Positions 51,186-59,370 of a DNA stretch of 64,000 nucleotides are shown piece by piece. The DNA is from Longimicrobiales bacterium (GTDB lineage Bacteria; Gemmatimonadota; Gemmatimonadetes; Longimicrobiales; Gaopeijiaceae). Every line of letters starts with the position of its first letter. Positions within the stretch are counted from its first letter, which is position 1. The translations under genes and the position numbers were made by a program. A model generated the notes under the pieces. The model searched no databases, was not told the origin of the DNA, and saw nothing but the letters and a program-made list of their open reading frames with translations. Location of the stretch: the NCBI GenBank assembly GCA_965249725.1, contig CBDFMQ010000002.1, forward strand, positions 896,001 to 960,000, read 5' to 3'.

Positions 51186-52307
51186 CTATGGCAATGTGCC
51201 ACTACTTTGCATCAGCACGGCATGTTCAGGGGCAACCGAGCAGACCATTGCTTCCCCTTCTTCGACGAGCTCGTCCGGCAGACCGCGACACAGCAGCGGC
51301 TGGCCTTTCCAATCGAGTCGGTATTCCACGAAGTCCCCAGCAAAAAATCTGCGAGTTACACGAACCTCCCAGGCGTTAACCGCCTCGGGCGGCGCACAAT
51401 GTGTCAGCTTGAGATGCACGGATTTGATGGCCACGGCCAATCGATTCGATTCCACGTCCTTAGCATCGCATACAATTATACCACCATTATCCAGACGGAC
51501 GGCCACTACACCTGGGCCAATGGGTTTATCGACGCGCTCCCCGAGAACAATGTTCGAAGATCCGATAAAATCCGCCACAAACGGAGTGGCAGGTTCGTAA
51601 TAGATACTGAGCGGGTCTCCTTCTTGTTCTACCTGGCCGTTATTCATAACAATGAGCCGATCAGCCATAGAGAGTGCCTCCTCCTGATCATGGGTCACGT
51701 AGATTGAGGTGATCCCCAAGCGCTCCTGTAGCTGCTTCAACTCGTTTCGCATCTGGTTTCTGAGTTTCGCATCGAGGTTCGAGAGAGGCTCGTCGAACAA
51801 GAGCAGTTTTGGCTCGAACACGAAGCTGCGAGCCAAGGCAACCCTCTGCTGCTGGCCGCCGCTCAATAGGGGAGCCGGCCGATCCACGAATTCGCTCAAT
51901 CCAACCAGGTCAAGAGCCTCTTCAACTCGCCTCCTGGCCTCATCCTTCGAGTATTTTCGTAACTGCAACCCATAGACCACATTCTCAAACACGGTCATGT
52001 GTGGCCAGATCGCGTAGCTCTGAAATACCATTGAGAGATCGCGCCGCTCGGTCGGGACGTTAATATCGTTGACGTCGTCGAAAACAGTGCCGCCGAGCAC
52101 TGAAATGCGTCCACTCGAGGGGGTCTCCAGCCCGGCGATAGCCCTAAGTGTCGTTGTCTTACCGCATCCACTTGGCCCTAGCAAGGCGACGAACTCCCCA
52201 GATTCCGCACAGAAACTGACGCCATCAACCGCTGCGATCGTTTCGTAGGTTACGACAAGGTCCGTGACCTCTAGAGCGAGCATGGATCTGCCTCCGAGGG
52301 TTTCCAC
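51186..52307 (-). CDS. ABC importer ATPase (FbpC/PotA-like)
   Basis: GPSGCGKTT, FQSYAIWPH, LSGGQQQR, DEPLSNLD, TOBE-like C-terminus. Confidence 0.93.
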   Translation of the reverse strand: METLGGRSMLALEVTDLVVTYETIAAVDGVSFCAESGEFVALLGPSGCGKTTTLRAIAGLETPSSGRISVLGGTVFDDVNDINVPTERRDLSMVFQSYAIWPHMTVFENVVYGLQLRKYSKDEARRRVEEALDLVGLSEFVDRPAPLLSGGQQQRVALARSFVFEPKLLLFDEPLSNLDAKLRNQMRNELKQLQERLGITSIYVTHDQEEALSMADRLIVMNNGQVEQEGDPLSIYYEPATPFVADFIGSSNIVLGERVDKPIGPGVVAVRLDNGGIIVCDAKDVESNRLAVAIKSVHLKLTHCAPPEAVNAWEVRVTRRFFAGDFVEYRLDWKGQPLLCRGLPDELVEEGEAMVCSVAPEHAVLMQSSGTLP

Positions 52308-52323
52308 GAGGTGCGCACGACTT

Positions 52324-54048
52324 TTAGAGCTCCATGGCTCTTATACCGCCGATCCGGCGAACCAACAGTAAGCAGACAAAGATTAATGCCGTTTGAATCA
52401 GCGAGAGGGCCGCCACACGCGTGAACGAACTACCGACCCATAAATCAAACACCTGAACCGATAGAACCATCGTCCTGCTGTTCACTAGCAGCGCGGATGC
52501 GGACAGCTCCTTGATCATGGAGATGAATAACAGAGTCCAACCGGCCCACAAGCCGGGCTTCAAGAGAGGCAGCGTAATGGTGCGCAGGACACGGGACCAC
52601 TTCGCTCCGCACACGCTCGCACACTCCTCCAGGTTGGGATCGATCTGAACCAGATTGGCCCCCACGGCCCTGATTCCATATGGAAGGAAGACGGTGATAT
52701 ATGCGATCAGGACGATCCAGATCGTTCCGTACATGGGTATATAAGAGACGCGGATCCATGCCCACAGAAGCCCCAGGGAAAACACTATTCCCGGTATGGC
52801 GATTGGCACCATCGCTATATATTCGAGGAGCTTGCGACCCCTCAGTTTGGTGCGATGAACAATCCACGCGACGGCACAGCAGAGGACCAAGGCGAGGGTC
52901 GCTCCGCCGAATGCAAGACCGATCGTGTTCCGAATGGAAACCTTGGTGGTAGATAGTTCAAAGAGAACATATCGATAGTTTTCCAACGTATAGACGGCCC
53001 CGCTTAGAGTGCTGGTGACAAACTTGAGAAGCGATGTAAACACGATGGCACCCATTGGAAGAACGACCACAACCGCGACAAAGCCGAAACCGAAGATGAA
53101 AAGTGGCCATTTCCATGCCCCCACGTCCAAGAGCTTCGGGCGGAAGCCACGTCCCGTCACGGTAACGTAGCTACGCGTTCCCAAGACCTTGAACTGGAGG
53201 TAGACGCCGACGACAGTAACCAGAAACAGCGAGAGACCCATTGCTGCGGCGGCTCCATAGTTCGGCAGGAAGCCCGCAACATGCTGGTACATACGAGTCG
53301 TGAGCACTAGATAGCCGTGCGGCATGCCTAAGACGGCAGGAACGCCGAATTGGCCAATTGACAGAACGAACACCAATAGGGAGCTTCCGACGATGGCCGG
53401 CTTGATCAGAGGGAGTGTGATCTTGAGCGCCGTCTTTAGATTTCCCCCGCCCAGTATCTTGGAACCTTCCTCGAGGGCTGGGTCCATTGACCGCAAGGCC
53501 CCTGCAACAAACAGGTATGAGAAAGGGACATAATAAATTCCTGTCACAAATATGATGCCCCAAGGGGTATAGACGTTCAGCGGCCCTTCATCGAGGCCAA
53601 AAGTCGACGCGATTATGTTATTTAACAGCCCACCTCTGCCAGGCGAGGCCAGAATCGCCCAACCGACCGCCCCAAGCAGTGGCGTAATAAAGAACGGGAC
53701 AAGAACGAGCTTGTCGAGGGCACCGCGCCAAAGGATATTGGTCCGCGTTGTGATCCAAGCGAGACAGACTCCAAGCACCACTACCACCACGGTTGACCCA
53801 ACACCGACAACCGCGCTGTTGCGCACCAACTCCATCTCGCTGAAAAGTGCGGCGTAGCCCTGAAAGGCGTCCGCGCCGCTCCCGGTGACTGCCCTCTCGC
53901 CCAGAAAGCTCCCAATCACGAGCCACGCGAGCGGATAGAGGACTAAGAACGTCACCACACCCGCCACGACACTGAGGATTACCCCTTTGGTGGAGACTCG
54001 GCCTCTCAAGGATGCGAGCCACCGCCCTGGCGCAGGTGTTGTCGTCAT
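52324..54048 (-). CDS. ABC importer permease (FbpB-like, fused double domain)
   Basis: Two EAA-like loops (DPALEEGSKILGG, DPNLEECASVCGA). Confidence 0.92.
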   Translation of the reverse strand: MTTTPAPGRWLASLRGRVSTKGVILSVVAGVVTFLVLYPLAWLVIGSFLGERAVTGSGADAFQGYAALFSEMELVRNSAVVGVGSTVVVVVLGVCLAWITTRTNILWRGALDKLVLVPFFITPLLGAVGWAILASPGRGGLLNNIIASTFGLDEGPLNVYTPWGIIFVTGIYYVPFSYLFVAGALRSMDPALEEGSKILGGGNLKTALKITLPLIKPAIVGSSLLVFVLSIGQFGVPAVLGMPHGYLVLTTRMYQHVAGFLPNYGAAAAMGLSLFLVTVVGVYLQFKVLGTRSYVTVTGRGFRPKLLDVGAWKWPLFIFGFGFVAVVVVLPMGAIVFTSLLKFVTSTLSGAVYTLENYRYVLFELSTTKVSIRNTIGLAFGGATLALVLCCAVAWIVHRTKLRGRKLLEYIAMVPIAIPGIVFSLGLLWAWIRVSYIPMYGTIWIVLIAYITVFLPYGIRAVGANLVQIDPNLEECASVCGAKWSRVLRTITLPLLKPGLWAGWTLLFISMIKELSASALLVNSRTMVLSVQVFDLWVGSSFTRVAALSLIQTALIFVCLLLVRRIGGIRAMEL

Positions 54049-54075
54049 CCTCAGTGTCGGGCTATTTACGTGTGC

Positions 54076-55149
54076 TTAAGAACCCGTGATTTTTCTCCAC
54101 GCCTCGATGAACTCCTTTTTCGTGTTTACGAAGCTCCGAAACGAGTCAGGCGGAATCGAGTTGATCTCCGAGAAGGGGGGATTCCCAGCCGGTGTCGGAG
54201 CGTCGGGCCGCCCCGAATAGTCACCAATGCCCTCGACCACAACTTTTTGCCCCTCGAGCGACAACGCCCAATCGACAAATAGGCGAGCGGCGTTCGGATG
54301 GGGAGCGGTTCTCATGACGGCAATGGGCTGAACGGCGATCGGAATTCCTTCCGCCGGATATACTCCCTTGAAGGGGGCTCCCTGGGCCACTTGATAGGAG
54401 GCGATGTGATAGCTGTAGGCCATACCAGCGATCAACATCTCGTTCCGGAGCACCGCTTCGATCGTCTGTGGAGGACCAGCGTACGCAGAGGGGTTATTCT
54501 TAGCGACATCATCCCAGAAATCATTGCCCATGATCTTGCGCAATACGTACCACTCGACGTGCTGGGTGCCGGTTGTACCGTCCTGGAATGCAACCTTGCC
54601 CTTGAATGCAGGATCCCTCAAGGCATTCCAGCTCGTTGGTGCTTTATCAGCGCTGAGAGTCTCTGGGTTGTAACCCAGTAACAGAGCAGTCAGCCGCCAC
54701 GCAGTCCACATCCCCGGATTCTTGAGTCCATCGGAGTAAATATCCTGCTCGGGCGTATAGAACTTGGCAAACCATTTTTCGTCGTTCATGGCGAGGAACT
54801 GACCGACATCCCCACTCTGAAATACGTCCGCCCTATATATCCCCGCCGCCACTTCTGACTCTAGTTGAGCTTGAAGGCGACCAGCTGAGTTGCGTGTCCA
54901 CTCACTCACATCGATAAACGGGTACTTCTCACTGAATGCCTTCAAGGCCTTGACAACGAGACCCTCCGGCGCAGCCGTGTACCACACGAGCTTTCCCTCC
55001 GCCCGAGCGGCTTCAATAAGGGCGTCGCGATCGAAAGCCATGGCAAGGGCGTCGCGATCGAAAGCCATGGCAGTTCCGATAGGTAGCCATACCAGCAGCG
55101 CTACCAGCATCAGTATGCTTTTTCGGACAGGAAATAACATGTTCCTCAT
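54076..55149 (-). CDS. ABC substrate-binding protein (FbpA/AfuA-like)
   Basis: Signal peptide, AARAEGKLVWY, APHPNAARLFVDW.LS.EGQ. Confidence 0.9.
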   Translation of the reverse strand: MRNMLFPVRKSILMLVALLVWLPIGTAMAFDRDALAMAFDRDALIEAARAEGKLVWYTAAPEGLVVKALKAFSEKYPFIDVSEWTRNSAGRLQAQLESEVAAGIYRADVFQSGDVGQFLAMNDEKWFAKFYTPEQDIYSDGLKNPGMWTAWRLTALLLGYNPETLSADKAPTSWNALRDPAFKGKVAFQDGTTGTQHVEWYVLRKIMGNDFWDDVAKNNPSAYAGPPQTIEAVLRNEMLIAGMAYSYHIASYQVAQGAPFKGVYPAEGIPIAVQPIAVMRTAPHPNAARLFVDWALSLEGQKVVVEGIGDYSGRPDAPTPAGNPPFSEINSIPPDSFRSFVNTKKEFIEAWRKITGS

Positions 55150-55513
55150 TTGTAAATCCTCCCTGTCATCTAGATTTTCAGTTCAACACCTTTTTTACCG
55201 AAACCTCAGTTTAGCGTCGCCGGACGCCTATAGCGCGTGCCATCGCCGTTCCGATTCTGTAGCAGATCGGCCGGATCGAAAATGCTGAAGATGCTGACTG
55301 AGCACCGATCTTCGATGTCGTGACCGATCGGCCGCTAGTCCTGGTAGACGCTCTTCCGCCGCCCGTGCCTGGTAGTAAGTCACTGACTCTAAGACCTAAT
55401 CTGAGCGATTTTGGTGGTGGCGAGAAGACACCCTTTGGGCTAAGTTACTGGTGTCAAAGAAGTTAGGGCCAGTGACGGCTGGCGCCGCCCTCAACCCAAA
55501 GGCTGTAAACTCA

Positions 55514-55684
55514 TCATGGCCAATTCGCTCTCCTCACGCAATACCGCCCGACCTCGTTTCGATGGTGTTGAGGTTCAGCCTCGGTGATCCTACCGTTTCG
55601 AGGGGACTCCGGCGCGGCGGGAGGTAGTACACTGCAACCGAGCAGGGGAAACGAGACAACAGCGACTAGGACAATCGAGCGCAT
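55514..55684 (-). pseudogene. Short lipoprotein-like ORF or remnant
   Basis: GAGGTG RBS, MRSIVLVAVVSFPLLGC lipobox, only 56 aa. Confidence 0.4.
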
Positions 55685-55727
55685 GGGCTCACCTCTCGTC
55701 TGACTGGAGCGCATCGACGAAGCAATC

Positions 55728-55751
55728 ACGCGCAGCCAAGGGACCTGACGG
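55728..55751. repeat. Repeat B copy 1 (24 bp)
   Basis: acgcgcagccaagggacctgacgg, identical at 57962-57985. Confidence 0.9.
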
Positions 55752-55752
55752 C

Positions 55753-56109
55753 TCAATTCGGCCCAGAATCCATCGAGCGTGGGGACCGTGTTGGGATGTA
55801 AACCTGATCCCCACCTGTATTCGGACACCCGCGATAGGAGTAGCTGTAGACCACTCCCCTCTGATCCACGGAAAATGTCCTTTGGCAGCTCACGGTCTGC
55901 CCGTTTGGCTGATACCAAGGGTCTACCCACGTGTACACCCTCCCACCGTTCGGAAGGGATGCCCGAGCGTCCGGCGCCCCCCACGATGCGATCAGCCGGC
56001 TTTCCTGAAAACCTATCCAGCTTTCCATGTCCTTCTTCAGCGCTGAAGCACACGAAATCTGTAGCAGACAGACGGCACACGCCAAAAGGATTCCGAGTCG
56101 GTGTCGCAT
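55753..56109 (-). CDS. Hypothetical lipoprotein
   Basis: GAGGA RBS, QISC lipobox-like site, LIASWGAP, C..TF...G.V.SY...GC. Confidence 0.7.
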   Translation of the reverse strand: MRHRLGILLACAVCLLQISCASALKKDMESWIGFQESRLIASWGAPDARASLPNGGRVYTWVDPWYQPNGQTVSCQRTFSVDQRGVVYSYSYRGCPNTGGDQVYIPTRSPRSMDSGPN

Positions 56110-56134
56110 CGTGTGTTCCTCTCTATGAATCACG

Positions 56135-56184
56135 TTCTCAAGCTATGGGTAATGCTGAGGTTGGGCGATGGCTGGTTGGGACGG
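56135..56184. repeat. Repeat A copy 1 (50 bp)
   Basis: 48/50 identical to 57567-57616. Confidence 0.93.
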
Positions 56185-56251
56185 CGCGATCACAAGGCTC
56201 CCCGCCCATCCAATAAGAGCGAAGACTACAGGGCATCATCCTGGGCTGTGG

Positions 56252-56827
56252 CTAGAATCTTATTGAAAGCACGAGTGCAAACCCACCGTCCAACTGCGGG
56301 CCAATGGTCACGCGCAGTCGTTTGAGGGGGACTTCCTCCCAGCGATCGGTCTCCATATGGTGGCCGGCGATCCCACCCACCAGGGCGCCCCCTGCGCCAA
56401 AGATGAGGGCCATGATTGGGGTAAGATCATCATCAAAGAGTTGGCACCCATACTCATCCACAGCCTTGCAATATATGATGGTCCCAACCCCCCCCGCAGC
56501 GAGGCCGATGCCAGCGCCCAACGCAGTATGCGACGTCCGCCCCCGGCTCACATCGAGACGCGTTACGGAGGCCAGGGGACATTCAGTGGTATCGAGGACG
56601 AGCGTGCCAGCGCGGAGCGCCCGATACCTTGTCACCTGCTCGCGAAGCCCACAGCCCGGAGCCGTCACCCGTACACGCGAACCGGGTTCAAGTACCAACC
56701 GCCCTTGGCCGGCGATCTCGGTCGGAGCGCCTCCGAAGATACAGATGAAAACGACGAGGATGGAGCATCCAGAACCCAAGACGGCCCGTTTCTTCACTCG
56801 CCATTTTGGCAGTGCGCACTTCTGCAT
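56252..56827 (-). CDS. Hypothetical secreted/membrane protein with Gly-zipper-like region
   Basis: AAGGAG RBS; resembles the C-terminal half of 46884-47714. Confidence 0.7.
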   Translation of the reverse strand: MQKCALPKWRVKKRAVLGSGCSILVVFICIFGGAPTEIAGQGRLVLEPGSRVRVTAPGCGLREQVTRYRALRAGTLVLDTTECPLASVTRLDVSRGRTSHTALGAGIGLAAGGVGTIIYCKAVDEYGCQLFDDDLTPIMALIFGAGGALVGGIAGHHMETDRWEEVPLKRLRVTIGPQLDGGFALVLSIRF

Positions 56828-57228
56828 CTGATCTCCTTCCGTGACGCATGAGTGTCAAAAGGGAAGATGCGTCCAACAGGCTGCCTACTTGATACGTCGT
56901 ATTACTTAGTGGATGGGCGCTGGGTACGTAGATCCCATGATGCTGGCCTACTCCACGATCACCCGTCTCACAGTCTCACTACAAAACGGCATCGGCAACT
57001 GCCCAGGCTCATCCGTCTCCACCTCGACTCCTCATGCTCCTGCATCCTGCTCAGGAACCAATCGTGGGCTTCGTGAGCAGAGTGGATGCCGTAGGTCGGG
57101 GAGAGTCTGAACGTTACCTCCGTGGGGTCCATGCTGCTGCCTGGATACTCGCAGCGGATCGTGAGCCGAGGAGTGCGAATCTGCCGCTCGGTTGAGCCCT
57201 CAATGTCCCACGAGTACATGCCCATGCG

Positions 57229-57262
57229 CTCAAGCTATGGGTGATGCTGAGGTTGGGCGATG
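57229..57262. repeat. Repeat A copy 2 (34 bp)
   Basis: ctcaagctatgggtgatgctgaggttgggcgatg. Confidence 0.93.
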
Positions 57263-57267
57263 TGACG

Positions 57268-57528
57268 TTAGGGTTCCAACTCTCCTCGGGTGTCATCGGG
57301 ATCAGTGACAATCTGTTGGACCTGTTGGACTACTCGCCTCGCGCTCAAGACACGACCGAGGACACGGTTACCGAGGGCCATCAACCCCATGATGCCGACG
57401 ACCAAACCCACGAGATTGTTGAACGCAAATAACAACACGACAGCGACGATCAACCACCGCCACCGAGCCGCCACCCAATTCACCAGGATTTCGTTCCAGT
57501 CTCGTGATTCCTCACCTGAGATTGTCAT
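57268..57528 (-). CDS. Small hypothetical membrane protein
   Basis: GGGGAG RBS, hydrophobic hairpin; flanked by repeat A copies. Confidence 0.65.
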   Translation of the reverse strand: MTISGEESRDWNEILVNWVAARWRWLIVAVVLLFAFNNLVGLVVGIMGLMALGNRVLGRVLSARRVVQQVQQIVTDPDDTRGELEP

Positions 57529-57566
57529 GATCTCGGGTTCACTCCCCTTTCAGAGCCGACGATCAA

Positions 57567-57616
57567 TTCTCAAGCTATGGGTGATGCTGAGGTTGGGCGA
57601 TGGCTGGATGGGACGG
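57567..57616. repeat. Repeat A copy 3 (50 bp)
   Basis: Matches copy 1 and copy 2. Confidence 0.93.
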
Positions 57617-57623
57617 ATGCGGC

Positions 57624-57941
57624 TTATTTCGCCAACTCAGGGAAGAGCGGCGGCAAATCACTGATCTGGGACCAGCCCTCGTTCCTTTGGACAGACGTGA
57701 TGCGGAGGTCGTCAAAGTACTCGTCAAGTACTGCCGCACGTTCCTGTGCGAGTGGTGGAGAACAATAGTCCTCTTCCTCCCAGACCACTGCGCCGTCAGG
57801 GCGCCTGCGGGCACCACGCAGCGAGAAGGTGACGGAGGCACCGAAGGGGCGCATCGGAAGGAACTCGTCCTTCCCCAAACGCTCCGCAAGCTCTGCGAGT
57901 CGCTCTTCCCTAGCGACCGCTTCAACCAAGTAGTACGGCAC
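57624..57941 (-). CDS. Hypothetical protein (WEEEDYCSPPLAQER motif)
   Basis: Compact ORF between repeat B and repeat A. Confidence 0.7.
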   Translation of the reverse strand: MPYYLVEAVAREERLAELAERLGKDEFLPMRPFGASVTFSLRGARRRPDGAVVWEEEDYCSPPLAQERAAVLDEYFDDLRITSVQRNEGWSQISDLPPLFPELAK

Positions 57942-57961
57942 CCGTAGCCCCTTCCACGAAG

Positions 57962-57985
57962 ACGCGCAGCCAAGGGACCTGACGG
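57962..57985. repeat. Repeat B copy 2 (24 bp)
   Basis: Identical to 55728-55751. Confidence 0.9.
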
Positions 57986-57986
57986 T

Positions 57987-58079
57987 TCAATTAGGCACCC
58001 GCTCCTTCAAGTCTTCGAGAGATTTCTGGACGAGAACATATCGGGGCAGTACGTCACCCTGTCCTTCGTCCCCGGGGTG
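57987..58079 (-). pseudogene. C-terminal remnant of a Ser/Thr kinase gene
   Basis: Translates ...YVLVQKSLEDLKERVPN* versus the intact kinase end FIWVQNFFEELKERVPN*. Confidence 0.8.
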
Positions 58080-59291
58080 TCATCCTCCAAGACGCACCTC
58101 TCCGTTCTCTATCCCGCCCACTGTTCCGCTCCGTAGCCACTCAAGCGACGCGTTGAATAGGAGTATCCGGTTCGTCTCCCACATCGCGTCGTGGGAGGAG
58201 CAGGCCAGGTACAGGGGCACCTTATTCGAAGAACCAAGGTCCTCGTAGAGCTCCTTGACCCGTGTAGGCGGCACTGACACGTCGGTCTCCGGCGCGACCA
58301 AGAGCATTGGTGTGCGCTGACGAGCAACCTCGTTGGACGACCAGCCCCAGATGGTCACAGATGGAGCTCTTCGTACGCCGCTACCCCACGTCGCCCCCAC
58401 CGGGTCGGACGCGAGCATCTCGGTCCACACCGACTCTCTCACTGCTGGCTCGAACTGGTTCGGGCATCCGAGTTGTCTGTCCCATCCCGCGACGAAGTCC
58501 GCCTTGGACTGTTTCCGCATGGCCGGTCCCGCGACCGGCAGGTTCTCAGGGGCCTCCGCCTTCCGGTTGCGATCGTAAGCCGGTGAAAGGAGGATAACCG
58601 AGGCAACCTTGGCGGGGTGTCGGGCCGCATAGCCTCCGGCACGTGGGCCTCCCAGCGACCATGCCGTGAGGTGCACGCGGTCCACACCTCGGAGCTCACG
58701 CACGTAGTCGACAACCGCGTCGAGATCGTGCCAGTCCGACTCGATCGTGGTTGTGGCGAAACCGTAGCTTGGCTCACAAGCCTCAGGAATCAGCGTCGGT
58801 ATGAACTCCGCCTGATCGCTCTCCGACATGTTGCACGGATCGTTCATCGCAGGAGGGCGAGTCGATCGACCATAGCCTGTCATGTCCATCGAGAAGGCGT
58901 CGTAGCCGGCGTTGGCGAGAAAGGCCATCCAGCTCGCTCCGGGTGGGTCGAAAGCGACCTCGGCCGGGGTACCGGCCCCGTGCACAAAGATGACGACCCG
59001 ACCCTTGAGACTCCTCGATCTGAGTGCGATCCCGGACAGGACCCGTTCACGAACGTAGAGCTGCGCGACCTCGCCGTTCATCGAAGGGGCCTTGGAGATG
59101 ACCGGGACGTAGTGGTCCACAGTGAGAGGATCAGTTTCTGCCGGAGGTGTGATCTGCCCCCCTGCGTTGGACGGCATCGCAAGCCCCGACACGACGCCAA
59201 TAAGCAAAGCCACTAACACCAATGTGAGGCTCCCTCGTGAATCACCGCCTGACCACGAAGCGGGGATGTAAAAAGGAAGTGAACTCCGCAC
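58080..59291 (-). CDS. Secreted alpha/beta hydrolase
   Basis: FVHGAG, GYGRS, AWSLGG nucleophile elbow, C-terminal SH. Confidence 0.88.
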   Translation of the reverse strand: MRSSLPFYIPASWSGGDSRGSLTLVLVALLIGVVSGLAMPSNAGGQITPPAETDPLTVDHYVPVISKAPSMNGEVAQLYVRERVLSGIALRSRSLKGRVVIFVHGAGTPAEVAFDPPGASWMAFLANAGYDAFSMDMTGYGRSTRPPAMNDPCNMSESDQAEFIPTLIPEACEPSYGFATTTIESDWHDLDAVVDYVRELRGVDRVHLTAWSLGGPRAGGYAARHPAKVASVILLSPAYDRNRKAEAPENLPVAGPAMRKQSKADFVAGWDRQLGCPNQFEPAVRESVWTEMLASDPVGATWGSGVRRAPSVTIWGWSSNEVARQRTPMLLVAPETDVSVPPTRVKELYEDLGSSNKVPLYLACSSHDAMWETNRILLFNASLEWLRSGTVGGIENGEVRLGG

Positions 59292-59370
59292 GATCAGACC
59301 TCTCTTTGGACAGGGGCCCCAGGACCCGACTCAACACATACTGCGTTCCAGGCGGGATACTGACTGGACA

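Noticed and set aside
56968..57225. 85-aa ORF following repeat A copy 2
   Set aside because: No RBS or recognisable motif; may be a remnant but cannot be supported as a CDS.
56135..57616. Repeat A as a CRISPR array
   Set aside because: Spacing is irregular (hundreds of bp to about 1 kb), intervals contain whole genes, and there are no cas genes.
56135..57616. Repeat A as classical integron attC
   Set aside because: No RYYYAAC...GTTRRRY ends or long imperfect palindrome, and no intI in the window.
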